Source: an uncultured delta proteobacterium
Lineage (GTDB): Bacteria > Desulfobacterota > Binatia > Binatales > Binataceae
Direction: 5' to 3'
DNA: 64,000 bases
Assembly (NCBI GenBank): GCA_963765675.1
Contig: CAVXXK010000006.1
Coordinates: forward strand, 128,001 to 192,000
Made by a program: the position numbers and the translations under genes. Each line of letters begins with the position of its first letter. Position 1 is the first letter of the stretch. Shown piece by piece: positions 30,290 through 40,680 of the stretch. A model generated the notes under the pieces. It was not told where the DNA came from, did not search any database, and worked only from the letters and a program-made list of their open reading frames with translations.

Positions 30290-31960
30290 ATGGCGGAAAG
30301 CACTTCCACAGCCACTCCGGTTAGAATCGCAGCGCTCGGCGGGTTGGGCGAGATTGGTCTCAACCTGATGGTGATCGAGTGCGCGGGCCGCGGATTGATC
30401 ATCGATTGCGGCGTGATGTTTCCCGAGGAGCCGCTCCTGGGCTCCGGCGTGTATATCCCGGAGCTTGCGTGGCTCGAATCGAGCCGGATCAAGTTCGACG
30501 CAATCGTTCTGACTCACGCGCATGAGGATCATATCGGCGCGCTGCCGCATCTGCTGCGGCGCATCAAGGCGCCAGTCTATGGCACCGGCGTTACGCTCGC
30601 GTTCGTACGGCGCAGGATCGCCGAGGCCGAGTTCACGTGCGAGGCCGAGCTGCGCGCGATCTTTCCGCGCCGTGCGTTCGATCTGGGACCGTTCAATATC
30701 GAACCGATCCGCGTGACGCATTCGACGCCCGACTCGATCGCGCTCGCAATTCGCACGCCCGCCGGAATAATCATCCACACCGGTGATTTCAAGATCGACG
30801 AAACTCCGGTTGACGGCCAGCACTTCGACCGCGAGCGCTTTGCGGAGCTTGGGCAAGAGGGCGTAGCGCTTCTGCTCTCGGACTCGACCAACGTCGAGCG
30901 CATCGGGCGTTCGGGTTCGGAGAGCTCGCTCAAGCCGATTCTGCGCGAGATCGTTTCGCGCACGCGGCGGCGCTTTTTTCTGTCGTCCTTCTCGTCGCAT
31001 CTGCATCGGATTCGCCAGGTCGCCGAGGTCTCGCGCGAATTCGGCCGCCGCGTTGTTCCGCTCGGACGCCGGATGGCCGAGAGCGTTCGCCTTGGCGCGG
31101 AGACCGGCCAGCTCGGCTTCGCACCCGGGATGTTTATCGATCCGGGCGAGGCCGAGTTCCTCGACGCCAACCGCCTCGCCTATCTGGCCAGCGGAAGCCA
31201 GGGCGAGGCGATGTCCGCGCTCGCGCGAATCGCGGCGGGAACGCATCCGAAGGTCGCGCTCGAACCCGGCGACGTCGTGGTGCTTTCGTCGCGCTTCATT
31301 CCGGGCAACGAGCGCACGATCGGCACGCTGATAAATCGCCTGTACAAACTGGGCGCCGAAGTGATGTACGAATCGGTCGCGCCGGTTCATGTCTCCGGCC
31401 ACGCGAGCCGCGATGAGCTGTCCGAGATGATCGCGCTCACGCGGCCCAAAAATTTTGTTCCGATTCACGGCGAGTATCGCCATCTGAGCCGCCACGCCGC
31501 GCTCGCGATCGAAGCTGGAGTGCCCGAGCGCAACTGTTTCGTGCTCGAAGACGGCGAAACGCTGATTCTCGACGGCGCAGGCGCGCATCGCGGCCGCGCG
31601 GTCGAGGCCGGGCGCGTCGTGATCGAAGGCGGAGAGCCCGGCGATCCCGCGCTTCTCGGCGAGCGGAGAATTCTCGCGCGCGACGGCACCGTCACGGCCG
31701 TGCTCGTGGTGTCGGCGAAGACCGGCAAAGTCGTCGCGGGTCCGAACCTGGTCTCGCGCGGTCTCGTCAGCGGCGACGGAACCTCGGAGCACATGCGCCG
31801 CGCGCGCGAGGAGCTTGCCGCGCGCCTGGCGCTCTATCGCGGGCCGATGAGCGCGGGCGAGATCACGCTCAAAGACGAAGTCACCCGCGCCGTGCGCCGC
31901 TACTTCAGCGACGAGCTGGATAAGCGTCCGCTGGTGATTCCGCTGATCGTGGAGGTCTGA
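30290..31960 (+). CDS. rnj: Ribonuclease J
   Basis: [45 protein letters not shown]. Confidence 0.95.
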   Translation: MAESTSTATPVRIAALGGLGEIGLNLMVIECAGRGLIIDCGVMFPEEPLLGSGVYIPELAWLESSRIKFDAIVLTHAHEDHIGALPHLLRRIKAPVYGTGVTLAFVRRRIAEAEFTCEAELRAIFPRRAFDLGPFNIEPIRVTHSTPDSIALAIRTPAGIIIHTGDFKIDETPVDGQHFDRERFAELGQEGVALLLSDSTNVERIGRSGSESSLKPILREIVSRTRRRFFLSSFSSHLHRIRQVAEVSREFGRRVVPLGRRMAESVRLGAETGQLGFAPGMFIDPGEAEFLDANRLAYLASGSQGEAMSALARIAAGTHPKVALEPGDVVVLSSRFIPGNERTIGTLINRLYKLGAEVMYESVAPVHVSGHASRDELSEMIALTRPKNFVPIHGEYRHLSRHAALAIEAGVPERNCFVLEDGETLILDGAGAHRGRAVEAGRVVIEGGEPGDPALLGERRILARDGTVTAVLVVSAKTGKVVAGPNLVSRGLVSGDGTSEHMRRAREELAARLALYRGPMSAGEITLKDEVTRAVRRYFSDELDKRPLVIPLIVEV

Positions 31961-32064
31961 GGCCAATCGCCAGCAAGAGCATCAAGGGTACGCCCGAAAC
32001 TGCGCCGGCCATCCTGCCCCAGCCGGACGCGGTTGCGGAGCCGCCCGAACCGCCCAGCCGTATC

Positions 32065-34218
32065 GTGCGAGAGCTGTGGGCGCTCGGGCTTTTTGCGATT
32101 ACGGCGTTCGCGGTCGCGAGCCTGGTCTGCTTCGATATCGGCCGCACTCCCAATCTTGGCGGTCCGGTCGGCGACGCTCTGGCCGCGGCGATGAGCGCGA
32201 TGGTGGGGTATCAATCCTACGCGATGCTGGCGCTGATCGTCGCGCTCGCGATTCGCGTCTGGTCGCGGACGCCGGCTGCGGTCCTCGCGCGCGAGATCGC
32301 GGGCGGCGCGATTATCCTGGTCGCACTTGCGACTGCGGGCGGTCTGTTCAATCTGAACGACGCGCATGTCGGCGGCGCGATCGGAATCGCGATCGCGAGC
32401 GTGCTGAACGCGTCGCTGAATCTCGGCGGCGGTTACCTGGCCGTGATGCTCGCGATCATTTGCGGAATTGCCCTGATGCTCAAGCGGGCGCCGACTGAGC
32501 TGGCGGCCGCGGCGGCGGGAAAACTTCGCTCGCGCTCCCGGCGCGATGCGGACGACGATCTCGACTATGACGGGCGCGGATCGCGAATCGTCGAGTTGTC
32601 CGACGCGATCGGCGAGTTCGATCCCGACGGCAACGGCAAGCCCGCTCCGCTCAAGGTGCGCAAGATCGAGCTGCGCGAAATTCCCTCGCGCGACAAGCGC
32701 AAAGAAGCCGCCAACGCCAAGCCGCGCACCAAGGGCGCGTACAAGATTCCTCCGCCGTCTCTCCTCGATATGCCGCCCGCCGAGCATACGCAGGTCGACG
32801 AGAGCGCGCTCGAGCGCAGCGCGCGCGTGCTCGAACAGAAGCTTGCGGATTTCGGCGTCGAGGGGCGCGTCGCCGAGGTTCAGCCCGGCCCGGTGGTCAC
32901 GATGTACAAGTTCGAGCCGGGTTCGGGAATCAAGGTCAGCCAGATCGTCAATCTCTCCGACGATCTCTCGATGGCTCTCAGAGCGGCAGCCGTGCGAATC
33001 CAGGCGCCGGTGCCGGGCGAGGCGGTAGTGGGAATCGAGGTTCCCAATCGCAAGCGCGAGCGCGTCTATCTGCGCGAGATTCTCGAAGCCGAGGAATTTT
33101 CCGCCGAGGGCAGCCAACTGACGATCGCGCTCGGCAAGGATATCGCCGGGCGTCCGGTCGCGGCCGATCTGGCGCGGATGCCGCATCTGCTGATCGCGGG
33201 CGCGACCGGCACCGGCAAGTCGGTATCGATTCACACGATGATCGCGTCGATCCTGTTCAACGCGACTGCCGACGACGTGCGCCTGATCCTGGTCGATCCC
33301 AAGATGCTCGAGCTGTCGGTGTACGAGAATATTCCGCATCTGCTGGTCCCCGTCGTCGTCGATCCGGAGAAGGCGGCAGCGGTTCTGCTCTGGGCGACGC
33401 AGGAGATGGAAAGCCGCTACATGAAGATGCGCGAGCTGGGCGTGCGCAATATCGACGGCTACAATCATGCGCTCGCCTCAGGCGCGTCGGTCACCGACTT
33501 GAAGGCGGCGTCGGGACCGGGCGGCGGCAGCCACGGAATCGACGCGACGGCCGAGCCGCTCGAACACAAGAAGCTTCCGAAGATCGTGATCGTGATCGAC
33601 GAGCTTGCCGACCTGCTGCTGAGCGAGGGCAAGACCGTCGAGCGCGATATCACGCGCCTGGCGCAAAAGGCGCGCGCCGCGGGGATTCATCTGATTCTCG
33701 CGACGCAGCGGCCGTCGGTCGATGTGATCACCGGGATTATCAAGGCGAATCTGCCGGCGCGCATCTCGTTCCAGGTGACTTCGCGCGTCGATTCGCGCAC
33801 GATTCTCGATTCGATCGGCGCCGAACGCCTGCTCGGCGCGGGCGACATGCTCTTCATGCCGCCCGGAACCGCCAAGCTGCGCCGCCTGCACGGGCCGTTC
33901 GTCTCCGAGCATGAGATCCGCAAGCTGACCGATTTTCTGCGCGAGCAGGGCGCGCCCGAGTACCGGATGGAGATCCTCGAAACCAAGGCGCCCAGCGACG
34001 ACGGCGGCCTCGGCGACGACGAGCACGACGAGATGTACGACGAGGCCGTCAGGATCGTGCTCGAATCGAACCAGGCGTCGATCTCGATGATCCAGCGGCG
34101 GCTGCGGATCGGCTACAATCGCGCGGCGCGGATGGTCGAGCAGATGGAGCGCGAGGGAATCGTGATGCCCGCCGACGGCGCAAAGCCGCGCGAGGTTCGC
34201 CTGCGCGGCGCGAGCTAG
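32065..34218 (+). CDS. ftsK: DNA translocase FtsK (true start may be 31966)
   Basis: N-terminal TMs, GPVVT.Y, GIEVPN, PHLLIAGATGTGKS, DPKMLEL, IDELADL, ATQRPSVDVITG, gamma domain IGYNRAAR. Confidence 0.95.
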   Translation: MRELWALGLFAITAFAVASLVCFDIGRTPNLGGPVGDALAAAMSAMVGYQSYAMLALIVALAIRVWSRTPAAVLAREIAGGAIILVALATAGGLFNLNDAHVGGAIGIAIASVLNASLNLGGGYLAVMLAIICGIALMLKRAPTELAAAAAGKLRSRSRRDADDDLDYDGRGSRIVELSDAIGEFDPDGNGKPAPLKVRKIELREIPSRDKRKEAANAKPRTKGAYKIPPPSLLDMPPAEHTQVDESALERSARVLEQKLADFGVEGRVAEVQPGPVVTMYKFEPGSGIKVSQIVNLSDDLSMALRAAAVRIQAPVPGEAVVGIEVPNRKRERVYLREILEAEEFSAEGSQLTIALGKDIAGRPVAADLARMPHLLIAGATGTGKSVSIHTMIASILFNATADDVRLILVDPKMLELSVYENIPHLLVPVVVDPEKAAAVLLWATQEMESRYMKMRELGVRNIDGYNHALASGASVTDLKAASGPGGGSHGIDATAEPLEHKKLPKIVIVIDELADLLLSEGKTVERDITRLAQKARAAGIHLILATQRPSVDVITGIIKANLPARISFQVTSRVDSRTILDSIGAERLLGAGDMLFMPPGTAKLRRLHGPFVSEHEIRKLTDFLREQGAPEYRMEILETKAPSDDGGLGDDEHDEMYDEAVRIVLESNQASISMIQRRLRIGYNRAARMVEQMEREGIVMPADGAKPREVRLRGAS

Positions 34219-34223
34219 ACTGC

Positions 34224-34922
34224 ATGCATCATCAATCACGCATCGCGATTGCCGCTGCGATTGTCGCAATCGCGCTGGCGGTGCCTCCAGTAGCGATCGC
34301 GGAGACCTCCGTCTTCGCCAGTCATGCGCAGCCGGCGTCCGCGAGCCTCGACGCGACGCTCGACGCGCTGCAGCATCACTATGAGACCACGCGCTCATTC
34401 AGAGCGAAGTTCACCGAGCAGATCGCATCGGTAGGCGCTCCGGTCCGAACCCGCGAGGGCACGGTCGCGTTCAGCAAACCGGGCAAGATGCGCTGGGATT
34501 TCGAGTCGCCCAACAAGGAGCTGCTGGTCAGCAACGGCCAGACGCTTTTCAGCTACGACCCCGGCCTCAACCAGGTCGTCGAAACTCCGCTGAAGGATGC
34601 GTTGCGAGCGCCGGGCGCGACCGAGTTCCTGCTCGGCGCCGGAAATATCCGCAAAGATTTCATCGCGTCGGCGCCAAAAGCTCCGCCATCCGACGGTCTG
34701 ACCCACTTGACGCTGACGCCTCGACAAGGCGGCAACACGATCGAGCTCGGGATCGAACCAAAAAGCGGCGATATCCGCCGGCTCGCGATCACCGACCAGC
34801 TCGGCAACAAGACCTCGCTCGAATTCACCGACCAGCGCGATAATGTCGAAATTACAGACTCCGAGTTTGACTTCACTCCTCCCGCAGGCGCGGACATCGT
34901 CTCGCCTACGCTGCCGCACTAA
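34224..34922 (+). CDS. lolA: Outer-membrane lipoprotein carrier LolA
   Basis: Signal peptide, FRAKFTEQ, KPGKMRW, YDPGLNQV, FDFTPP; directly after ftsK. Confidence 0.88.
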   Translation: MHHQSRIAIAAAIVAIALAVPPVAIAETSVFASHAQPASASLDATLDALQHHYETTRSFRAKFTEQIASVGAPVRTREGTVAFSKPGKMRWDFESPNKELLVSNGQTLFSYDPGLNQVVETPLKDALRAPGATEFLLGAGNIRKDFIASAPKAPPSDGLTHLTLTPRQGGNTIELGIEPKSGDIRRLAITDQLGNKTSLEFTDQRDNVEITDSEFDFTPPAGADIVSPTLPH

Positions 34923-35013
34923 CTGCGGCACGTAAATTTTTCGCATCCTTGGCACAACGATTGCCTCGCTTACGACCGGCGAGTAGAAATATATGCCCCT
35001 CGATGGGCTGAAC

Positions 35014-36387
35014 ATGGAAAAAGTGCATCTTCTTACCTTGGGTTGCCCCAAAAATCTCGCTGATAGCGAGTTGATGCTGGGAGCGCTCACGCAGGCCGGG
35101 TTCGAGATTACTCTCGACCCCGAAGATGCGCAGATCCTCGTCGTCAATACCTGCGCGTTTATCGAGGCGGCCAAGAAGGAATCGCTCGACGCGATCATGG
35201 ATGCCGCCGAGGTGAAGCATCGCGGTGCGGGCAAGCGCCTGGTGGTCGCCGGATGCCTCTCGCAGCGCTATAGCGAAGAGCTGCGCGAGAAGCTGCCCGA
35301 GGTTGACGTGTTCGTCGGCACCGGCAACTTCCTGGACCTGCCCGAGCTGCTGCGCCGCACCGAGTCGCCCGAGGCGCGCTCGATGCCGTACCCGGGCGCG
35401 GCGCATCTGCTGCCGCGCGCGACCGTGCCGCGGGTGAAGACCGGCAATTTCTTCACCTCTTACTTGAAGATTTCCGAAGGATGCAACCATACCTGCGCCT
35501 TCTGCATCATCCCGAAAATCCGCGGACGCCACGAAAGCCGCCCGATCGATGACCTGGTGGCCGAGGCGCGCGCCCTGGCCGACGGCGGCGTGCGCGAGCT
35601 CAACCTGATCGCGCAGGACCTGACCGCCTACGGCCGCGATCTCGAACAGTCCGCGTCGCTGGCGGCGCTGCTGCGCGAGCTCTCGACGGTCGAGGACCTG
35701 CACTGGATTCGGCTGCTCTACTGCTATCCGAATTTCGTCACCGACGAGCTGCTCGACACGATCGCGGAGCTCCCGAAGGTCGTCAAGTATATCGATATCC
35801 CGTTGCAGCATGCCGACGACGCGATACTGCGTGCGATGCGCCGCGAGCGCTCGGGCGCCGCGCTGCACAAGCTCCTCGAACGGATTCGCGCGCGGATTCC
35901 CGGGGTCGTGCTGCGGACCTCGTTTATCGTCGGATTCCCTGGCGAGACCGAAGCCGCATACGGCCGCCTGGTGGACTTCGTGCGCGAGATCGAGTTTGAC
36001 CGCGTGGGAGTCTTCACCTACTCGCGCGAGGAAAATACCGCCGCTTTCGATCTGCCGAACCAGGTTCCCGAACGCGTCAAGCGCGACCGGCGATCCGCGC
36101 TGATGGAAGCGCAGGCGGAAATATCACTTAAGAAGAATCGCGGTCTTGTGGGCCGCGAAGTCGAGGTTCTGGTCGAGGGTCCGCTTCCCGGACGCGCCAC
36201 GCGGCTTCGCGGGCGAACGTCAGGACAGGCGCCCGATATCGACGGCTCGGTCTTTCTCAAGGGAGACGCAGAGCCCGGCGAATTCGTCTGCGCCCGGATC
36301 GAAAAGGCCCTCAGTTATGACCTCCACGCGCGAATCGCCGGGGAGTTATCGCCCGGCGAAGAGGAGAGGGTGGCAAATCATGCCTAA
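35014..36387 (+). CDS. rimO: Ribosomal protein S12 methylthiotransferase
   Basis: LGCPKN..DSE, NTCAFI, KISEGCNHTCAFCIIP, YCYP, TRAM domain with APDIDG. Confidence 0.95.
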   Translation: MEKVHLLTLGCPKNLADSELMLGALTQAGFEITLDPEDAQILVVNTCAFIEAAKKESLDAIMDAAEVKHRGAGKRLVVAGCLSQRYSEELREKLPEVDVFVGTGNFLDLPELLRRTESPEARSMPYPGAAHLLPRATVPRVKTGNFFTSYLKISEGCNHTCAFCIIPKIRGRHESRPIDDLVAEARALADGGVRELNLIAQDLTAYGRDLEQSASLAALLRELSTVEDLHWIRLLYCYPNFVTDELLDTIAELPKVVKYIDIPLQHADDAILRAMRRERSGAALHKLLERIRARIPGVVLRTSFIVGFPGETEAAYGRLVDFVREIEFDRVGVFTYSREENTAAFDLPNQVPERVKRDRRSALMEAQAEISLKKNRGLVGREVEVLVEGPLPGRATRLRGRTSGQAPDIDGSVFLKGDAEPGEFVCARIEKALSYDLHARIAGELSPGEEERVANHA

Positions 36388-36838
36388 GAAAGCAGCCGCC
36401 ACGAGTCGGAAAAAGTTTCTGTCCAAGATGCGCGAGCATCTGGCGGAAATGAAAGAAAAATTGCACAGCGAAATCGAGTCCGAACTGCGGGCCGAGCGCG
36501 AAAGCAACAAAGACGAAGGGATGGACACCTACGATCTCGCCTCTGAAGAGCGCGATCGCGAGATCAATTTCATCCTGTCGGACCGCGAGCGCGTGAAGGT
36601 CAAGCAGATCGACGACGCCCTCGAGCGCCTGGACGACAACACTTACGGGGTGTGCGAATCCTGCGGGCTCGAAATCGCCGAAGAGCGGCTGAACGCGATG
36701 CCGTTTACGCGTCTGTGCCGCGACTGCCAGCAGGACATGGAGCGCGAGGCCAAGTCGCAGCGCCGCTTCGACGACGAGCGCAATACCAACACCTATCGCA
36801 AGCTCGGCTCGACCGACGGCGACGAAGAAAATATGTGA
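36380..36838 (+). CDS. dksA: DksA/TraR C4 zinc-finger RNA polymerase-binding factor
   Basis: DTYDLA coiled-coil tip, YGVCESCG..RL.AMP..LCRDCQ. Confidence 0.85.
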   Translation: MPKKAAATSRKKFLSKMREHLAEMKEKLHSEIESELRAERESNKDEGMDTYDLASEERDREINFILSDRERVKVKQIDDALERLDDNTYGVCESCGLEIAEERLNAMPFTRLCRDCQQDMEREAKSQRRFDDERNTNTYRKLGSTDGDEENM

Positions 36839-36868
36839 TCGCCCCGCGCGCTTTGCGGCACTGACGCG

Positions 36869-37009
36869 ATGCTCGAGCGCGGCCCGATTCGCGAGCTCGG
36901 CAAATTCTACGAAGCGATGCTCTCGGGCGGTGGCGGGACTATCCGCCCGCAGACGGTAGCGGCAATCTCAGCCCGCCACGTTGTAGGAATGCGGGACCAT
37001 ACTTTCGGG
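36869..37009 (+). pseudogene. Short remnant resembling the C-terminal part of a beta-lactamase-family serine hydrolase
   Basis: GPIRELGKFYEAML.GGG..IRPQTVAAISARHVVGMRDHTFG; the resemblance ends where the doxX stop codon begins. Confidence 0.5.
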
Positions 37010-37441
37010 CTATCCACTCGATCGAAACCAGGCGTCGAAAGACCACGCACCAGGTCCGACGCTGATTAGGAAAAGCAACGCCATCGTCATCGCAAAATCT
37101 GTTCGCGCGTCGCTTACCATGAACCAGAAGCCCTGATTCGGGCGCCACAACTCGGGAATCTTGGTGGTCGCGATCGCGGTCAGGATGACGATCAAGAGTG
37201 GAATGCTCGCGAGCCGGGTGAGAAGGCCAGCCAAAACCAGAACGCCACAAACGATCTCGAAACCTCCGACGAAATGTGCGGTAAACCCGGGGTCGGGGAA
37301 TCCAATCCTGGCGAAGCGCAGAACCCCCATGGAGGGGTCGATGAATTTGAGCAATCCCTGCGTGAAGAAGATCAAGCCGACGGCCAATCGGATGAGCACG
37401 ATGCTTCTTGCCTGCCAGACGGGAGCGAGAAAGTTATTCAT
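37010..37441 (-). CDS. DoxX family membrane protein
   Basis: LIRLAVGLIF..G..K, EIVCGVLVLAGLLTR, GPGAWSFD. Confidence 0.9.
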   Translation of the reverse strand: MNNFLAPVWQARSIVLIRLAVGLIFFTQGLLKFIDPSMGVLRFARIGFPDPGFTAHFVGGFEIVCGVLVLAGLLTRLASIPLLIVILTAIATTKIPELWRPNQGFWFMVSDARTDFAMTMALLFLISVGPGAWSFDAWFRSSG

Positions 37442-37520
37442 CGTGATTGCTCCACGGTGGCTTCAGCATCTGGTACCTGCTCTCGAAACTCTAAGCATGA
37501 CGCGATTGCTCGACGAGCGG

Positions 37521-38309
37521 CTAGCTCGCGCGGCGGTACGTGTAGTTCCTGAGCCAGTAGATCTCGTCGTCGAAGCCCAGACGCCGATACCAGTTGATCG
37601 GCGTGTCATCGGGATCGGTATTGATCATCACGCTGTGGCGGCCGCGCTCGCCAGCGTCGGCGATCGCGCCGCATAGCAGTATTCGCGCGAGTCCCTGATT
37701 TCGCATGGGAACGCGAGTCGCGAGATTAAATATCAATCGGTTGTCGCCTTCGTAATACCCGAGAACCGCCGCCGCTTCGCCATCGACGCGTGCGATGAAA
37801 TGCCGAGCGCCGCCGTTCGACTCCGCAGATCGCACGGCGGTTTCCTCAGCGATTCGTTGAGGCGCAGGTTCATCTTCCGAATTTGCGAAGCCCTTAAGCT
37901 TCACATCTACAAACTCGTTGAGAGTCGCGGCGGTGACTTCTTCAATCGAGATGTCGGGGCGCAGCGAAGCGCGCGGGATCGGTCCGGTATGAGCAAGAAA
38001 GATCGTCGGATGGTCGCGGACGCATCCCGCTTTTACCAGCGCCGGACCGAGCACGGCGTCGGTCGCGTGATCGTCGATCCAGATATTGATTTCGGAGTCG
38101 CCGAAGTAATCCGCCGCGTCCGAAAGCATCGCCGCTACGTCGTCGGGCGTCGCGCCTTCGACGATCAGCCGCGCGGAGTCAGGGTCGGCGGTACTCCGGC
38201 GATAGAAGCCGAAGCGCCGCCGCTCGATGTAGCATCCGATCGACGGCGCGGACGTCCGATACCACGAAATTATTTCCTCACGCAGCCGGTCATGTTCGGG
38301 ATGACGCAT
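37521..38309 (-). CDS. GNAT family N-acetyltransferase
   Basis: IFNLATRVPMRNQGLAR, WYRRLGF. Confidence 0.85.
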   Translation of the reverse strand: MRHPEHDRLREEIISWYRTSAPSIGCYIERRRFGFYRRSTADPDSARLIVEGATPDDVAAMLSDAADYFGDSEINIWIDDHATDAVLGPALVKAGCVRDHPTIFLAHTGPIPRASLRPDISIEEVTAATLNEFVDVKLKGFANSEDEPAPQRIAEETAVRSAESNGGARHFIARVDGEAAAVLGYYEGDNRLIFNLATRVPMRNQGLARILLCGAIADAGERGRHSVMINTDPDDTPINWYRRLGFDDEIYWLRNYTYRRAS

Positions 38310-38327
38310 CGAGGTATCGCCCGCCGC

Positions 38328-39531
38328 TTATGGAATCACGCGCGCGTCTTTCAGGCGGCCGATTTCTTCCCAATCGAGACCGAGTTCGAGCAGGATTTCT
38401 TCTGAATGCTGCCCCAGCTCGGGCGCCATCGCCGAAGGCGCCCACGGCGTGCCGCCGAAGTCGCACGGCGTCGCGACCATCTCCGCTTCGCCGTCGGCGG
38501 TCGGGACGTTTACGAATAATCCGGCGGCGCGCGCCTGCGGATCAACGAGCAGGTCTTCGGTGGTCTGCACTGGCGCCCACCACACGTTTTCGCGATCGAA
38601 GATCGGCGCCCATTCCGCGAGAGTCTTCTGCGTGAAGATCGAATCGAGCAGATCGACCAGCGCTGCCGCATTCTCCCGCCGCGCCGCCATCGTGTTGAAC
38701 CGTGCGTCGTGATCGAGATCGGGCCGCGCGATTGCGCGCAGCACGTCCGGCCACATCCGATCACCCTGCAATCCCAAGAGCCAGAACCATTTGCCGTTCG
38801 AATCGTGATACGAGGTGATGAGCGGATTCGGCGTCGTATGCCGCGTGCCCGCGACCGTCGGAACGCCGAGCCGCAGCCGAATGTTGACGTCCCATCCGAT
38901 GAAGTACCCGCCGACCCGCATCAGCGAGGTCTCGACCTTCTGTCCCTGTCCGGTCTTTCCGCGCGCGACCAGCGCCGCGCAAATCGCGCTGGTCGCCGTC
39001 ATCGCGGTCGTATGGTCGCCCATCGCGCCGCGCTGCGTCGCAGGCTCCTGTCCTGCCGGAGTAAGAGTCGAAACCACGCCCGCGCGCGACCAGAACGCGC
39101 CGACATCGTAGGCCGCGCGATTTATCTCCGCTCCGCGCGTGCCGTAGCCGGTCACGTGGCAATACGACCAGGCGCGGATTCAGTTCGCGCAGATCTTCAT
39201 AGCGCATCGCAAACTGGCTGAGCGCCTTGGCGCGCAGGTTGGTCAGGAAGACGTCAGCGCGTTTGATAAGCTCGCGCGCGATCTGCCGGCCGTCATCGGT
39301 TTCGAGATTGAGCGCGATACTGCGTTTGCCGCGGTTATCGAGCTCGAACGGAGGATTGATCGGAACCTCGAGTCCGGCGCCCTTCAAGAACAATCCGCGA
39401 AACGGATCGCCCTCGGGCGGTTCGATCTTGATCACGTCGGCGCCCCAATCGGCCATGATTCCGCCCGCCGCCGGCGCGGCGACCCAGAAGCCAAGTTCCA
39501 CGACACGAATTCCCTCGAGCGGTCCGGGCAT
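38328..39531 (-). CDS. Family III CoA-transferase (CaiB/BaiF), one apparent +1 frameshift near 39165
   Basis: PLEGIRVVE, GADVIKIE, NRGKRSI, NPRLV then YCHVTGYG, AYD, GD, APELGQHS across two overlapping ORFs. Confidence 0.9.
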
Positions 39532-39747
39532 CGCACACCTCTGGCGCGCCGCAGGTTTTGTTGGCGAGCCTCTGCGCCCAGTGATAGCAAAAGCGTTGTC
39601 AGGCTTGTAACTGCCTTACGCGCGGTTTTTCAGGATTGTGCCGCTCGCGCTTCGCACATACCATCAAGCAAAGATTCGCGCGCTTACGAAAACAGTTCCG
39701 CGCGCGAGGGGGAGCAGACCGGACCGGATGGTCATCAGACCGCTCGT

Positions 39748-40656
39748 ATGAGGATTTTTACTGACGCGGAAACGCGCGACGGAATCGAGCCGGCGCAGCA
39801 ATCGTTGCGCGGCAATATCGATCGCGTGCGCGACAACCTTGCCAGCGCCGGCGCAGTGATCGCGATCGCAAGCGCGAAGGGTGGAGTCGGCAAGAGCGTA
39901 GTCGCGGTGAACGTTGCCAGTGCGCTGGCCTTGCGCGGACGCAAAGTTGCGATCATTGACGCCGACCTGAACGCGCCGAGCGTCATCCGGATGCTCGGGA
40001 TGAAGCCGCCGCGGGTGATGCCGATGGTCGAAGGGATCGAGCCTGCGGCGGGACCGCACGGGTTGCGTGTCGTCTCCAGCGAGATGATCGCGGGCGGAGA
40101 AGCGCCGGCGATCTCGTTTCTCGAGGACGCGGCGCCCGGCCCAGCCGAATCGGCGCAGGAGATCGGGTACACCGACGCTCTGATCCGGATGCTCTCGCTC
40201 ACGCGCCTGGGTGCGCTCGACGCGGTGATTATCGACGTCGCGCCGGGCGCGGGCCGGCTGCATCAGGTCGCGCGGATCGCGCCGCTGAGCAACGTGATGC
40301 TGGTGAGCCATTCGTCGGAGCAGGCGGTGGTGGCGACGCGCCACCTGATTCGGCTCTCGGCGAAATTCGCCGCGCCGGTCACCGGATTGCTCGAAAACAT
40401 GACCGGCTTCAATTGCGACGGATGCCGCTCGGTGCGTCCGCTGATGCCCGAGGGAAACCTGGCCGGCGTCGCAACCGAATTTGGGTTGCCGATTCTCGCG
40501 CGCCTCGCGTTTGATCCGCGCCTTGCCGAAGCATCGGACCGCGGAGTCCTGTTCGTGCATCAGTACGCCGACACGCCGCTCGGAAAAAACCTGCTCGGGC
40601 TCGCGCACGATGTCGAGCGGATGATCCTGCTCGGCCGCTCCGCGCCGTCATCGTAG
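39748..40656 (+). CDS. Mrp/NBP35 (ApbC-like) P-loop ATPase, divergent
   Basis: SAKGGVGKS, DADL..PS, ENMTGFNCDGC, FDPRLAEASDRG. Confidence 0.85.
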   Translation: MRIFTDAETRDGIEPAQQSLRGNIDRVRDNLASAGAVIAIASAKGGVGKSVVAVNVASALALRGRKVAIIDADLNAPSVIRMLGMKPPRVMPMVEGIEPAAGPHGLRVVSSEMIAGGEAPAISFLEDAAPGPAESAQEIGYTDALIRMLSLTRLGALDAVIIDVAPGAGRLHQVARIAPLSNVMLVSHSSEQAVVATRHLIRLSAKFAAPVTGLLENMTGFNCDGCRSVRPLMPEGNLAGVATEFGLPILARLAFDPRLAEASDRGVLFVHQYADTPLGKNLLGLAHDVERMILLGRSAPSS

Positions 40657-40680
40657 GACACCGGGCAGTCCGGCGAGCAG

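Noticed and set aside
29672-31966. 764-aa minus-strand ORF appearing to fuse a long N-terminus to SSB
   Set aside because: It is the antisense shadow of rnj; ssb has its own GGAGG RBS and ATG at 30109
39748-40656. Mrp/ApbC ATPase as part of the lipid cluster (e.g. metal delivery to the LarA-like protein)
   Set aside because: It is on the opposite strand and convergent, and nothing in the sequence links it functionally
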